Part shown: positions 1 to 10,148 of the stretch, piece by piece
How positions within the stretch are numbered: position 1 is the stretch's first letter
Layout of the letters: every line of letters begins with the position of its first letter
Assembly (NCBI GenBank): GCA_965248925.1
Contig: CBDFLE010000005.1
Coordinates: forward strand, 1,792,001-1,856,000
DNA: 64,000 nt
Direction: 5' to 3'
From: Candidatus Multivoradales bacterium
GTDB lineage: Bacteria > Acidobacteriota > Thermoanaerobaculia > Multivoradales > J023
Program-made: the position numbers and the translations under genes
Notes under the pieces: model-generated
Database searches by the model: none
The model's input: only the letters and a program-made list of their open reading frames with translations
Told to the model about the DNA's origin: nothing

Positions 1-1206
1 CCGGCGAGCGACCGCGACGCCCCGGCGGCAGTCGAGGTCGACCAACTGGAGAAGGCCTACGACATCTTCGACGTCTGGTTCGAATCCGGCTCCTCGTGGA
101 ATGCGGTGATCCGCCGGCGGGGCATGGACTACCCGATCGATCTCTACCTGGAGGGCTCCGACCAGCATCGCGGCTGGTTCCAGCTGTCCTTGCTACCCGC
201 CCTGGGAGCCACCGGCGACCCCCCCTTCAAGCGGGTCCTCACTCACGGCTTCATGGTCGACAAGAACGGCCGCAAGATGTCGAAATCCCTCGGCAATGCC
301 CTCGAAGTCGAGGACTTGCTGAAAGACTTCGGCGCCGATGTCTGCCGCTGGTGGGTTTCATCATTGGCCTACGAGAACGACTTCAAAGTCGATCTCAGCT
401 TCTTCCAGCTGGCTGCTGAGTCGTACCGCAAGGTGCGCAACACCCTGCGGTTCTTGCTCAGCAACTTGCAGGACTACCAACCGCCGCCAGGTGATTCCCA
501 ACCACAGCTCAATCCAACCTCGATCGACGCTCTTGCTCTCGAGCGTCTGGCTGAGCTGAATAACAAAGTGCAAGCGGCCTACCAGGCTTTTGCCTTCCGC
601 CGAGCCCACCAGCTGCTCTTTGACTACTGCAACGAGACCCTCTCGGCGCTCTACCTCAACGCGGTCAAAGACCGGCTGTACTGTGATCGCCCGGACTCGC
701 CGCGGCGGCGCCAGACCCAATACGTTCTCTGGCAAACCGTCGATGTGCTGGCTCGCTTGCTAGCGCCGATCGTGCCGCACACCGCTGAGGAAGCCTACGC
801 AGCGCTGCACGGTGACGGCACTCCCTCCATCCACCTGCGGCACTTCGCCGACTTCACCGCCACCGCCGACGCCGCCTGGTCGACCGTGCTAGAGCTGCGC
901 GAAGCGGCCCTCAAGGCCCTCGAAGAAGCCAAGAGCAGTGGGCTAGAGAACCCCCTCGACGCCGGCTTGAAGTTTGCCGACCCAGAGGGCCTGCTAGCCC
1001 CTTTCAGCGCTGATCTGGCCGACTTGATGGGGGTGTCGAGAGTCGAACTCAGCAGCACAGCTGGCGACTTGGCGGATGATCTAACCGTGACGGATCTGCG
1101 CGACCAACCCCGCTGCGAACGCAGTTGGCGCCGAGATGGCACCGTCCGCCAACGCCGCGATGGGGGCTCGCTCAGCGACCGCGATGCCGACGCGGTGGGA
1201 GCCTGA
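1..1206 (+). CDS. ileS: Isoleucyl-tRNA synthetase, C-terminal part (5' end outside window)
   Basis: YLEGSDQHRGWFQ, THGF and KMSKSLGN motifs, YRKVRNTLRF anticodon-domain start, KDRLYC; frame is open from the window edge. Confidence 0.96.
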   Translation, partial: PASDRDAPAAVEVDQLEKAYDIFDVWFESGSSWNAVIRRRGMDYPIDLYLEGSDQHRGWFQLSLLPALGATGDPPFKRVLTHGFMVDKNGRKMSKSLGNALEVEDLLKDFGADVCRWWVSSLAYENDFKVDLSFFQLAAESYRKVRNTLRFLLSNLQDYQPPPGDSQPQLNPTSIDALALERLAELNNKVQAAYQAFAFRRAHQLLFDYCNETLSALYLNAVKDRLYCDRPDSPRRRQTQYVLWQTVDVLARLLAPIVPHTAEEAYAALHGDGTPSIHLRHFADFTATADAAWSTVLELREAALKALEEAKSSGLENPLDAGLKFADPEGLLAPFSADLADLMGVSRVELSSTAGDLADDLTVTDLRDQPRCERSWRRDGTVRQRRDGGSLSDRDADAVGA

Positions 1207-1340
1207 GGGGCAGCTCCAAGACCGAATCGATCTTGGTTCAGCAGCGCTCAACCACCGGCCGGCTGCGACTCGTCGAGCAGCCGGCTGACCGTCTGGCGCC
1301 AGCCCTGCTGGCCAGCGGCTTTGCCCGCCGGCACGTCAAG

Positions 1341-2843
1341 TTAGCGTCGCTGGGCTTCGAGCTGTAGTGCCGCCAGCTGTTCTTCGGCGGCTTGCTGACG
1401 CTGGTTTTCGAGGTAGATAGTCGGCGCCGCCGCCCGTTCCTCGCAAGCATCACCGATCAGTCGGCATCGCTGGCACGTCAGGTCGACCTCGACTCGCGGC
1501 ACTGCCGGGTCGTTCCACCAGCGCACCCGCCGCTTGAAGTCGGCATTGATGCGAAAGCCAAGGGAGACGCTGGAGTGACGATCGGGAGCCAGGGAGAGCT
1601 GCCGGGACACACTGACGACGAAGAACTCACTACCGTCGCGGAGGAACGAGGAGCGTTGCACGTCGATCCGTAAACCATCTTCCCCCACGACCTCGGCAAC
1701 CGCTGCGCCTAGGGTGCGCAGCCCCGGCCAGCGGCGGCAGTAGTGCTCGTCGAGACCGACTCCATGGGGCACCGGCACCTGGCTCATGTTGAGTATCTTG
1801 GTCAGCTCCACCCGTTCGCTATCGGCCTCGCGATGGAAGCGAACAAAGAAGATCTCGCCGAGTCCAAAGAGTCCCGGCAGCAGCTGGCTGAGACGGTAGA
1901 AAAGGGTTTCCGGAGTCGCCTGATAGCGACCCATAAGGGCAAGAAACTGCGCTGAGGACCACTCCGGCAAACGCAAAAACAGGCGCAAGTCCGCTTGTAA
2001 CTGGCGTCGGTTGACCAACAGGGCGCCAGCAAAGTAGGCGGCTCTGAAATCGTTGATCACCTGTTCCAGCGAAGCCACCGAAAGTTGGGTCGAACAGGTG
2101 GAGCGCTCCACTAGACCGAGCCGCCGATAGCCCAGTTCCCGCCCCATCAAAAAAGCCTGCTGCGAGGGCTTCAGCCGCCGATTGATCAGTAGCAGCGGCT
2201 TCTCTCCTTCAACCCACACCGAGCGCATGCCTTGCAACTGCGGGTAGTCGTCGAGGCGCTGATGATCGATCTCGATGCCCTCCCGGGCCAACAATCGCCG
2301 CAACTGCGCGGCGCTCAGGGTCAATTTGTCCTGCCAACCCTGCTCGGCGAGCAGCTGCTCGGCGGCTTGCTCGATCTCCTCGAAGTAGTTCTTGTGCAGG
2401 CATTGGTAGGCCCGCAGGGCGGCGAACTGAACATGCTCGACGCGCACATCGTAGGCGCGAGCGACCTCGACAATGGTGCGCACCAAGGCATCCGCCTGAT
2501 CTGGCGAATTGGACACCAGAGCGAGTACATCTTCCGGTTCAAGTCCGAAGTGGGCGAGAGGAAAATCTTGCAAGAACGAAGACGAGAACAAAGCTGCGAC
2601 CGAGCCCAATTCAGCCCCCACTTTGACCGACACCAGATCGTCGTAAGGCACTTCGAGGGCTTTCGCCAGCTCGACCAATTTGTCCGGCTTGGGATATTTG
2701 CGTCCCTTCTCGATCTCACTCAAATACGACACCGACAAACCGGTCCGCTGGTGCAGCTCCTTGAGCCCATAGCCGCGTTGCTGGCGATAAGTACGCAGCT
2801 TGAGGCCGAGAATGTAACGCAGATTGTCGGGATGAAGATCCAT
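1341..2843 (-). CDS. XRE-family HTH regulator with ImmA/IrrE-like middle domain and Cys-rich C-terminus (RamB/ScfR-like regulator of the glyoxylate shunt)
   Basis: N-terminal HTH (LSVSYLSEIEKGRKYP), AFLMGRELG, HYCRRW and TCQRC..C..R motifs; divergent from aceBA. Confidence 0.85.
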   Translation of the reverse strand: MDLHPDNLRYILGLKLRTYRQQRGYGLKELHQRTGLSVSYLSEIEKGRKYPKPDKLVELAKALEVPYDDLVSVKVGAELGSVAALFSSSFLQDFPLAHFGLEPEDVLALVSNSPDQADALVRTIVEVARAYDVRVEHVQFAALRAYQCLHKNYFEEIEQAAEQLLAEQGWQDKLTLSAAQLRRLLAREGIEIDHQRLDDYPQLQGMRSVWVEGEKPLLLINRRLKPSQQAFLMGRELGYRRLGLVERSTCSTQLSVASLEQVINDFRAAYFAGALLVNRRQLQADLRLFLRLPEWSSAQFLALMGRYQATPETLFYRLSQLLPGLFGLGEIFFVRFHREADSERVELTKILNMSQVPVPHGVGLDEHYCRRWPGLRTLGAAVAEVVGEDGLRIDVQRSSFLRDGSEFFVVSVSRQLSLAPDRHSSVSLGFRINADFKRRVRWWNDPAVPRVEVDLTCQRCRLIGDACEERAAAPTIYLENQRQQAAEEQLAALQLEAQRR

Positions 2844-3050
2844 GCAGTGGTCGGCCGGCTATCGGGTGCTCGGCCTGAAACCGATTGTAGCAGCTACTAG
2901 GCCCCCACCAGGCAGCAGTGGGGGCCCCGGTTTCAGCTCAGGGATCGCGGCGGGTCTGGAAGTCGATCATGTTGCCCCACACCACCTGAGGGTTGGCGCA
3001 AGAGCCACCTAACGGCACCGCCCATCTGCCGAAGACAAGGCCGGAAGTTC

Positions 3051-3109
3051 AGCGAATAATTGAATTTAGCGAAATTTCGCTTGACACGACCTTTCGCTAG
3101 CTCTAACCT
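3051..3109 (+). promoter_or_regulatory. sigma70 promoter of aceBA overlapped by a four-half-site operator
   Basis: TTGACA 3081-3086, 17 bp, TAACCT 3104-3109; palindrome AGCGAAATTTCGCT 3068-3081 plus outer half-sites AGCGAAT 3051 and TTTCGCT 3092. Confidence 0.8.
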
Positions 3110-3156
3110 GATCACAGGCCAAAAGAAACGACCCACGCCCCAGGAGGATCTCGCCG

Positions 3157-4827
3157 GTGACCGCCACTGCTATCGCACTCCCCTCCCGTTCCACCTCAGA
3201 GCTTGCTTGGTTCGAGATCGGCGCCGGGGTATCGACCCACCCAGCCGCCTACAGCAGCGCCGCACGGCGGCTGCTGACCGACCGGGCGCTGCGCCTGCTG
3301 GCCAGCCTGCATCGCGAACTCGAAGGCGAGCGCGATACCCTGCTGCGGGCCCGGTTGGCACGTCAGCAAGAGTACGACTCGGGGGCCCTGCCGGACTACC
3401 TCGACCGCGACTCCGAGGCTGTGGTCGGCAATTGGCGGGTGGCCGAGATTCCGCCAGAGCTGAGGGTGCGGCGAGTAGAGATTACCGGCCCGGTCCATCA
3501 CCCCAAGATGGTGATCAACATGCTCAGCCGCAATGCCGCTGGCGACCGCGCAGACACCGCCATGTTGGACTTCGAAGACTCTATGAAGCCGACTTGGGAG
3601 AACATCGTCCAGGGGGTCCACAACGTCATCGCGGTAGCCCGCGGCACTCTCAGCTTCGTCCGGCCGGCGACAGCAGATCGCCCGGACAAGATCTACACAC
3701 TGGATGGCGACGATATGGCTCTGCCGATGGTGCGGGTGCGGGGCCTGCACTTGGAAGAATCGAACCTGCGGGTCGACGGCCAACCGATCGCCGCCGGCTT
3801 GCTCGACTTCGCTCTCTGTCTGCTGCACGCTGGCCCACTCTTTGTCCGCCGTGGATTGACCCCGACCTTCTACGTGCCGAAGACTGAGCATTATCTGGAA
3901 TCCCGGTGGTGGAACCGGCTCTTTGTTCTCGGCCAACGGCTGGTGGGTCTCGAGCCCGGCACTCTGCGCGCCACCTTCCTCATCGAAACGCTGCCCGCAG
4001 CATTGCAAATGGAAGAGATCTTGTACGAAGTGCGGCAGCATGCCGCCGGCCTCAACGTCGGCCGCTGGGACAAGATCTTCAGCGATATCAAGGTGCTGAA
4101 ATTCCACCCAGATCGGGTGCTTGCCGACCGCTCCTCGATCGGCATGGAGCAGCCTTGGATGCGCGCTTACGCCCAGCGCCTGATCCAGATTTGCCACCGT
4201 CGCGGCGCTTTCGCCATCGGTGGCATGGCCGCCTTCACCCCGGGCCGCGACGCTGACATGCGGGCCGCGCAAAGCGCCAAAGTGAAGGCCGACAAAGAGT
4301 TCGAAGCCAGCCTCGGCCACGACGGCTGCTGGGTCTCACATCCCTACTTCATCGGCATCGCCAAGGCCGCTTTCAAAAGCCCCAACCAACTCGACATCAC
4401 TCTCGCCGAAGTCGATCCTTACCCCGATCTAATTCCCGCCGGCGGCGGCTGGCGCACCCTCGACGGCCTGCGCACCAACCTACGGGTCGGCATCGCCTAT
4501 CTCAAGGGCTGGCAGGAGGGCGTCGGCTGTGTCGCTTGGGACCATCTGATGGAGGATCTGGCGACCCTGGAGATCAGCCGCGCCCAGACCTGGCAGTGGC
4601 TACAGCACGGCGCAACTCTCGACAGCCCAGACGGTGCTCTAGAAATGAACCGTGGCCTGGTAGCGAGGATCTTCGCCGAGCAGCTCGAGGTGATCCACCG
4701 CGAACTCAATGCCGCCGGCCAGAGTGACCAGAAGGCTGCCTACAGCCGCGCGCGCGACACCGCCGAGGCGCTCTTTACCCGCCGCCAGTTCAGCGAATTC
4801 ATGACCCGCAGCTCGGAGTTCGCCTGA
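3157..4827 (+). CDS. aceB: Malate synthase A
   Basis: [53 protein letters not shown]; AGGAGG RBS before GTG start. Confidence 0.95.
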   Translation: MTATAIALPSRSTSELAWFEIGAGVSTHPAAYSSAARRLLTDRALRLLASLHRELEGERDTLLRARLARQQEYDSGALPDYLDRDSEAVVGNWRVAEIPPELRVRRVEITGPVHHPKMVINMLSRNAAGDRADTAMLDFEDSMKPTWENIVQGVHNVIAVARGTLSFVRPATADRPDKIYTLDGDDMALPMVRVRGLHLEESNLRVDGQPIAAGLLDFALCLLHAGPLFVRRGLTPTFYVPKTEHYLESRWWNRLFVLGQRLVGLEPGTLRATFLIETLPAALQMEEILYEVRQHAAGLNVGRWDKIFSDIKVLKFHPDRVLADRSSIGMEQPWMRAYAQRLIQICHRRGAFAIGGMAAFTPGRDADMRAAQSAKVKADKEFEASLGHDGCWVSHPYFIGIAKAAFKSPNQLDITLAEVDPYPDLIPAGGGWRTLDGLRTNLRVGIAYLKGWQEGVGCVAWDHLMEDLATLEISRAQTWQWLQHGATLDSPDGALEMNRGLVARIFAEQLEVIHRELNAAGQSDQKAAYSRARDTAEALFTRRQFSEFMTRSSEFA

Positions 4828-4900
4828 ACTCCACCCTCAGCCTGCGACAGACCCAAGATCCGAGTCGCCACAATTGATCGCCCTCTACCAGGAGCAAGCC

Positions 4901-6175
4901 ATGGCAACAGACGCAGACGAGATGAAGCCAACCCATCAAGCCGACGACCCGCGCTGGGCCGATATCCACCGGCCCTACTCCACCGCCGAAGTCGACCAGC
5001 TGCGCGGATCGATCCGCCTTCGCCACACCTTGGCCGAGCTCGGCGCCAGCCGGCTTTGGCGGCTGCTCAAGAACCAGGACTACGTGCAGGCGCTCGGTGC
5101 TCTGACCGGCAATCAAGCTATGCAGCAGGTCAAAGCCGGGCTGCAAGCGATCTACTGCAGCGGCTGGCAGGTGGCCGCCGACGCCAATGTCTCGGGCCAG
5201 ATGTATCCCGATCAAAGTCTCTACCCGAGCAACTCGGTGCCGGCCTTGGTCAAGAAGATCAACCAAACCCTGCTGCGAGCCGACCAGATTCACCACGCCG
5301 AGGGCGGCCAGCGGGTGCCGTGGTTGGCACCGATCGTCGCCGATGCCGAGGCCGGTTTCGGTGGCCCGCTGCACGCCTTCGAGCTGATGAAGTCGATGAT
5401 CGAAGCCGGCGCCGCCGGCGTCCACTTCGAAGACCAGCTGGCGTCTGAGAAGAAATGCGGTCACCTCGGTGGCAAGGTGCTGGTGCCCACCCGGCAGTTC
5501 GTCCAGACCCTGGTAGCCGCCCGTCTCGCCAGCGATGTCTTGGCGGTGCCGACCCTGGTGATCGCCCGCACCGACGCCGATTCGGCCCGCCTGATGACTT
5601 CCGACATCGATCCGGCCGATCACCGCTTCATGACCGGCGAGCGCAGCGCCGAAGGCTTTTACCAGATCACTGGTGGCCAGGATCAGGCCATCGCCCGCAG
5701 CCTAGCCTACGCCCCCTACGCCGACCTCCTGTGGTGCGAAACCTCGACTCCCAACCTAGAGGAAGCACGACGCTTCGCCGAGGCCATCCACGCTGAATTC
5801 CCGCACAAGCTGCTGGCCTACAACTGCTCACCCTCGTTCAATTGGGGCCACAAGCTCGACGCCACCACCATTGCCATCTTCCAACGCGAGTTGGGCGCCA
5901 TGGGCTATAAATTCCAATTCGTCACCCTGGCCGGTTTCCATGCCTTGAATCACTCGATGTTCGAGCTTGCCAGCGGCTACCGTGATCGCGGCATGGCCGC
6001 CTACTCGGAGTTGCAAGAGGCCGAGTTCGCCAACGAAGCCGCGGGCTACACCGCCACCAAGCACCAACGCGAGGTCGGCACCGGCTACTTCGATCAGGTG
6101 CGGCAGGTGATCTCCGGCGGCCTGGCGGCCACCAGCGCGATGAAAGAATCTACCGAATCGGCACAATTCGCTTGA
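4901..6175 (+). CDS. aceA: Isocitrate lyase
   Basis: [26 protein letters not shown] catalytic motif, [20 protein letters not shown]; ATG 4901 after AGGAG. Confidence 0.98.
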   Translation: MATDADEMKPTHQADDPRWADIHRPYSTAEVDQLRGSIRLRHTLAELGASRLWRLLKNQDYVQALGALTGNQAMQQVKAGLQAIYCSGWQVAADANVSGQMYPDQSLYPSNSVPALVKKINQTLLRADQIHHAEGGQRVPWLAPIVADAEAGFGGPLHAFELMKSMIEAGAAGVHFEDQLASEKKCGHLGGKVLVPTRQFVQTLVAARLASDVLAVPTLVIARTDADSARLMTSDIDPADHRFMTGERSAEGFYQITGGQDQAIARSLAYAPYADLLWCETSTPNLEEARRFAEAIHAEFPHKLLAYNCSPSFNWGHKLDATTIAIFQRELGAMGYKFQFVTLAGFHALNHSMFELASGYRDRGMAAYSELQEAEFANEAAGYTATKHQREVGTGYFDQVRQVISGGLAATSAMKESTESAQFA

Positions 6176-6197
6176 GTTTGACGGCCAGGCTCTGGAC

Positions 6198-6563
6198 TCA
6201 GTCCTCGTCACGGTGAACGGTGTCGGGAGAGAACGCCGGCAGGCAAACCGCGACATATTCGGCACCCTCGGCCTCGGGGGTGCTGTAGCGCACCCACTCA
6301 CCGGCTTCGGTCACCACCGCCTGACCGGCTCGAACCTCAAGCGCACCCTCGCCATGTTCGACCCTGAGCATGCCCGTCAGCACCACTGTCAGCTCTTCGA
6401 ACTCAGGTGTCTGCCCCGGCTCAACCCAGCCGGCTGGAGATTGCATCTGAGCGATGCTGATCCCTCGGTGGCCGCTGTTGATCCGGCCCACAAACTCTTC
6501 GATCCGCTTCGGCTTGGTGCCGGCGGCGGCGATGACGGTAGGTGCTGCGATCATTTTCGGCAT
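6198..6563 (-). CDS. Cupin domain protein
   Basis: KPKRIEEFVGR, PGQTPEFEE, GEWVRYSTP, AVCLPAFSPDTVHRD typical of this small cupin family; start placed at MPKM. Confidence 0.85.
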   Translation of the reverse strand: MPKMIAAPTVIAAAGTKPKRIEEFVGRINSGHRGISIAQMQSPAGWVEPGQTPEFEELTVVLTGMLRVEHGEGALEVRAGQAVVTEAGEWVRYSTPEAEGAEYVAVCLPAFSPDTVHRDED

Positions 6564-6701
6564 AGGCGGGATGATATCCCAGCCAGGCCGTAAGGAAGAA
6601 CCGGGCGCAGGCCGGTGCATTTCCCCTGCCGGCCAATGTCGACTAGACTCGGTGATCGGCATCCGGTAAACGGCTGTACAACATTTGCATTTAGCTAAAA
6701 G

Positions 6702-7448
6702 ATGATCTATCTCGTCGCCCTATCAGCTGCGGCCTCTGAGGCTAGCGTGCTGGCGGCGCTCTTCGGCGCCGGCTTCCTCACTTTGGTGCTACTGGCCCTG
6801 CTAGCCCTGGTGATCAATGCCAGCATTGTCTACTTGGCGGCCCGTCTCACCGGGTTGCGGGGCCGTTTTCGAGTCGCCTGCAAGACCACTTTGGTCGGCT
6901 GGATGCTGGCCATGGTCGGCGGTATCGTCATTGGTTTCCTGGTGCGCTTGGTTTGGCCGGGACTGGCCCTTCCCGTGGGTCTGTTCGTCGTTGCTTTATT
7001 TGGCACCATCGCGGTCCGAACTTGCTATGGCACCTCTTGGATCCGAGCCCTGGCCACCCACCTGGCGACCGCCCTACTGACCGTTCTGACCCTCTCGGGT
7101 CTCGGCATGCTGACCTACCAATCGCTGGGCAGTGATCGTGTGGCGGCGATCGCCCGCCAGCTGGGCGCCGAGAATGTCCCTCGGGTGTGGGTCAACAAGG
7201 TCAACGGCAACAGCAAGAACTCAGAGCCCGAAGAACCCATGTTGATCGCCACGCCGCTGGCCCGTGCCGCCGACCACCTCGGCCAAGAAGTCTTGATAGC
7301 ACTCACCGATGGCCGCACCGCCAGAGGTCAGCTCCTCGAAGCCGACGCCGACTCCTTGACCCTGCGAGAAGATCTCCAAGGTGGCAGCATGTCGATCACC
7401 ATCGACTTCGCCGACGTGCTGCAGCTGCAGCGAGTAATCCGGCAGTAG
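6702..7448 (+). CDS. Membrane protein (about 4 TM helices) with C-terminal Sm/LSm-like beta domain
   Basis: Hydrophobic N-terminal half; C-terminal GQEVLIALTDGRTARGQLLEADADSLTL pattern. Confidence 0.65.
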   Translation: MIYLVALSAAASEASVLAALFGAGFLTLVLLALLALVINASIVYLAARLTGLRGRFRVACKTTLVGWMLAMVGGIVIGFLVRLVWPGLALPVGLFVVALFGTIAVRTCYGTSWIRALATHLATALLTVLTLSGLGMLTYQSLGSDRVAAIARQLGAENVPRVWVNKVNGNSKNSEPEEPMLIATPLARAADHLGQEVLIALTDGRTARGQLLEADADSLTLREDLQGGSMSITIDFADVLQLQRVIRQ

Positions 7449-7518
7449 TTGTCGAACCTGCCTCGCAACCTGCAGTCCGCCGCGGAAGCTGCCGTGGTCG
7501 CTGCACCAGAACCCTTGT

Positions 7519-9918
7519 TCAGCGCTTCTTGATGCGCGCCAAGACCGCGAAATCAGGGGCCAATTCGAGCTTGGCGGGCCGAATCGGCAGCGGAATTTGG
7601 AAGCTGTCTTGCTCAGCGCTGACCTCTACCAAGAACGTACCGGAGCGTCCATCGGCGAGTCTGAAGACCACTGGTAAAGGCATGTGGAAGCCCGCCGGGG
7701 CGTCGCGCTGTTCGATCTTGAGGTCGACCAGGAAGTGCCCCTCGGCATCGGGCTGTTGGGCGATGTGGTAGCTCCAGACGTAGGTCGGAATGGCGGTGCC
7801 ATAGATCCACTGGTCGAAGAAGAAGCCCCAGTCCATGCCGGTCTGGCGTTCGAGCACCGCCTGAAAATCGGCCGTGGAGGCGTTCTTGCCCTGATTCTGG
7901 CGCACGAAGTCCCGCAGCGCGGCGAGGAAGAGGTCGTCTTTACCCTGCGACTTCGCTTGCAGGATCTTGCGCAACATATGCAGCACCAGCGGCCCTTTGT
8001 AGTAGGCCTGAATGACGTAGCCCTGTGGCATTGCCGCGTTAGAGGCTCGGTAACCGAGGCCAATCGGACCCATGCGCCGCTGATGGCTGAGGTCGACATC
8101 GATCAGGCCCGGCCGGGCAAACTTACTAAAGGCGCCCTTCAACGAGCCCATCAGTAGGCGGGTGTAGGTCTGCAAGATCTCCTCGAAGAGCTTGTCACCA
8201 TTCTTCAACGTCGCCTGGACGAACATCATCGCTGCATATTCGGCGAAAGACTCTGACAGCCACTGATCGCGATAGCTGTGCCAACCGATCCGGTGGCCCC
8301 ACCATTGGTGCGCCGTCTCATGAGCGCGAAATAGCTCGCTGGCTCCGGGGCTCTCCGCCCGGTAGGTGAATTCACTCATGTGAATGAATCCTTCAAAGGC
8401 CTGGCCGTGGCCGGCGTTGATACCGGTCAACTGGACCTTCTCGGTCGGCAGCTGATCGTCGAACAGCCATTGGAAGAATCGCAGGCTGTTGACGACGTCG
8501 GCACCAACATTCTTGATCATCTTGCTGCCGAAACCGCCCGAGACCTGGGGCCCGAAAGACACCACCGTGGGCACCCCTTCGACCTCCAGCACTTCTTCTT
8601 TGAAGCGCGAGCCGTAGGTCAGGCTGCACATTTTGGTGGGCTTTTCCATCACCCACACCGAGGTGGTGACGTCATCGCGAGTGCTCTCTTCAACCTGCTT
8701 GCCGATCGCCCGGACTTCGTGCTTTTTCGGCGCCCGCACGGTGATCCGCGCGGTGTGCAGATTGTTGAGGTTGTCCGGCAGGTTGGGATACCAAGAACGG
8801 CCGGGCAAGAAGTTGCCCACATCGAGCTTGTAGTGCACCTGCAACCGCCGCTCTTGCCCCTCGACCAAAGGGTCATCGAGCAGCACCACCAGCGAGCCGT
8901 CGTAAACCCGCTTGTCGAGATCGGTGCTGCGACCACCGATGTGGTCGCGCAGGAACAGCTGCTCAGCACCCGATTCATCTTTAACCGACCGCACTTCCGC
9001 GGCAGAACTCAGCGCCAGGGGAAGGGCCTTGGCGCCACTCACTAGCGGGGCCAGGTGAATTTCGGCGACAATCTCGGCGACCACCACGTTCAAGCCGCTC
9101 AGACCGACTCGGACCGAGCGCCGCTCACCCGCCAAGTCGACGGTCAGATCGACGTGGTGAATATCGAGCATCGCGCCCCGGTCGCCGCGCGGACGGCCAT
9201 CGGCCAAGCGCTCTTCCGGTGGCTCCAAGCTCAGCCATATCTCGTTGTAGTAGTTGCGCTCGAACTTGGTGAGGCGAATCTCCTCACGCCGTAGATCGTC
9301 CCACTCGTAGGTCAGCCAACCGAGTTCCTCGGTGTCCATCTCGATGTACAAGAAACGGTCGTCGGGAATCTGCAGGCCAGCGACTACTCGCGCATCGAGG
9401 TCGCGAAAGCGTTTCACCAAGCTCAGCTGGTGTCTCTTGCCGAACTCCTTGTGCGGACCATAAGTCAATCCCTGCGGCAGCGCGATCCACTCGGTAACCA
9501 GCGATTCCGAGGTCCGCAGCAGCGCTTTGGTGAAGGTCACGTCGAGCTGCCGCGCCCCCCGCTGATCGAGCTGGCGCTCCAGGTTGTCGGCTTCCACCGG
9601 ATCTGGAACAGTCATCTCGAAATGACCTCGACCCTCGAACCAAAAACCACTGACCAGGCCATCTGAAGTCGGCGGTAGAGTCCAAAGCTGGCCCGACTCG
9701 AGTGCCCAAGAAGCCGTGTCCCGGCGCCAGACGATGCCTGCATCCGGCACCGCCACCGGTGTCGTGCTGGTATGCCATTCGAGCAAGCGCTGATAGTCAG
9801 CATAGGCCTCGGCGGCGCTGCTGGCATCGCTCGGCGGCGCCAGGGCCGGGCTGAACAACAGCGCCAAGGCTAGACAGAGCGCCAGCGAAGGGACAGAAGG
9901 CGGCGATGAACTCGACAT
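7519..9918 (-). CDS. Secreted M1-family (gluzincin) metallopeptidase
   Basis: AHETAHQWWG and downstream WLSESFAEY zinc ligands, YYKGPLVLHMLR, FFDQWIYGT; signal peptide; GGAG before ATG 9918. Confidence 0.9.
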   Translation of the reverse strand: MSSSSPPSVPSLALCLALALLFSPALAPPSDASSAAEAYADYQRLLEWHTSTTPVAVPDAGIVWRRDTASWALESGQLWTLPPTSDGLVSGFWFEGRGHFEMTVPDPVEADNLERQLDQRGARQLDVTFTKALLRTSESLVTEWIALPQGLTYGPHKEFGKRHQLSLVKRFRDLDARVVAGLQIPDDRFLYIEMDTEELGWLTYEWDDLRREEIRLTKFERNYYNEIWLSLEPPEERLADGRPRGDRGAMLDIHHVDLTVDLAGERRSVRVGLSGLNVVVAEIVAEIHLAPLVSGAKALPLALSSAAEVRSVKDESGAEQLFLRDHIGGRSTDLDKRVYDGSLVVLLDDPLVEGQERRLQVHYKLDVGNFLPGRSWYPNLPDNLNNLHTARITVRAPKKHEVRAIGKQVEESTRDDVTTSVWVMEKPTKMCSLTYGSRFKEEVLEVEGVPTVVSFGPQVSGGFGSKMIKNVGADVVNSLRFFQWLFDDQLPTEKVQLTGINAGHGQAFEGFIHMSEFTYRAESPGASELFRAHETAHQWWGHRIGWHSYRDQWLSESFAEYAAMMFVQATLKNGDKLFEEILQTYTRLLMGSLKGAFSKFARPGLIDVDLSHQRRMGPIGLGYRASNAAMPQGYVIQAYYKGPLVLHMLRKILQAKSQGKDDLFLAALRDFVRQNQGKNASTADFQAVLERQTGMDWGFFFDQWIYGTAIPTYVWSYHIAQQPDAEGHFLVDLKIEQRDAPAGFHMPLPVVFRLADGRSGTFLVEVSAEQDSFQIPLPIRPAKLELAPDFAVLARIKKR

Positions 9919-10093
9919 GTTGTAGATCTCCAGGAGGGGAATATTCTCCAATCTCGGCCAGTAAGGCTGAGCAGCCTCCTTCCCTACTCAAGGCGCTTCG
10001 CCTGGCAATTTGTTACCAGCCAACCTAAGAAAAGCTCCTCAATCTAGCATCGAGATGAGGATCGACCGCAAGATCGGCGGCAAAGAGACAGAA

Positions 10094-10122
10094 GCCGCTG
10101 CCCCGGAATACGAAGCAGCGGC
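10094..10122 (-). terminator. Probable intrinsic terminator after the di-heme oxidoreductase pseudogene
   Basis: GCCGCTGC/GCAGCGGC stem followed on the minus strand by TTCTGTCTCTTT. Confidence 0.45.
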
Positions 10123-10148
10123 CTTTCAAGTCCTTGGTCGAGCGAGGA

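Noticed and set aside
2900-2926. GGCCCCCAC/GTGGGGGCC hairpin
   Set aside because: Lies between divergent genes with no U-tract; single copy; no role supportable
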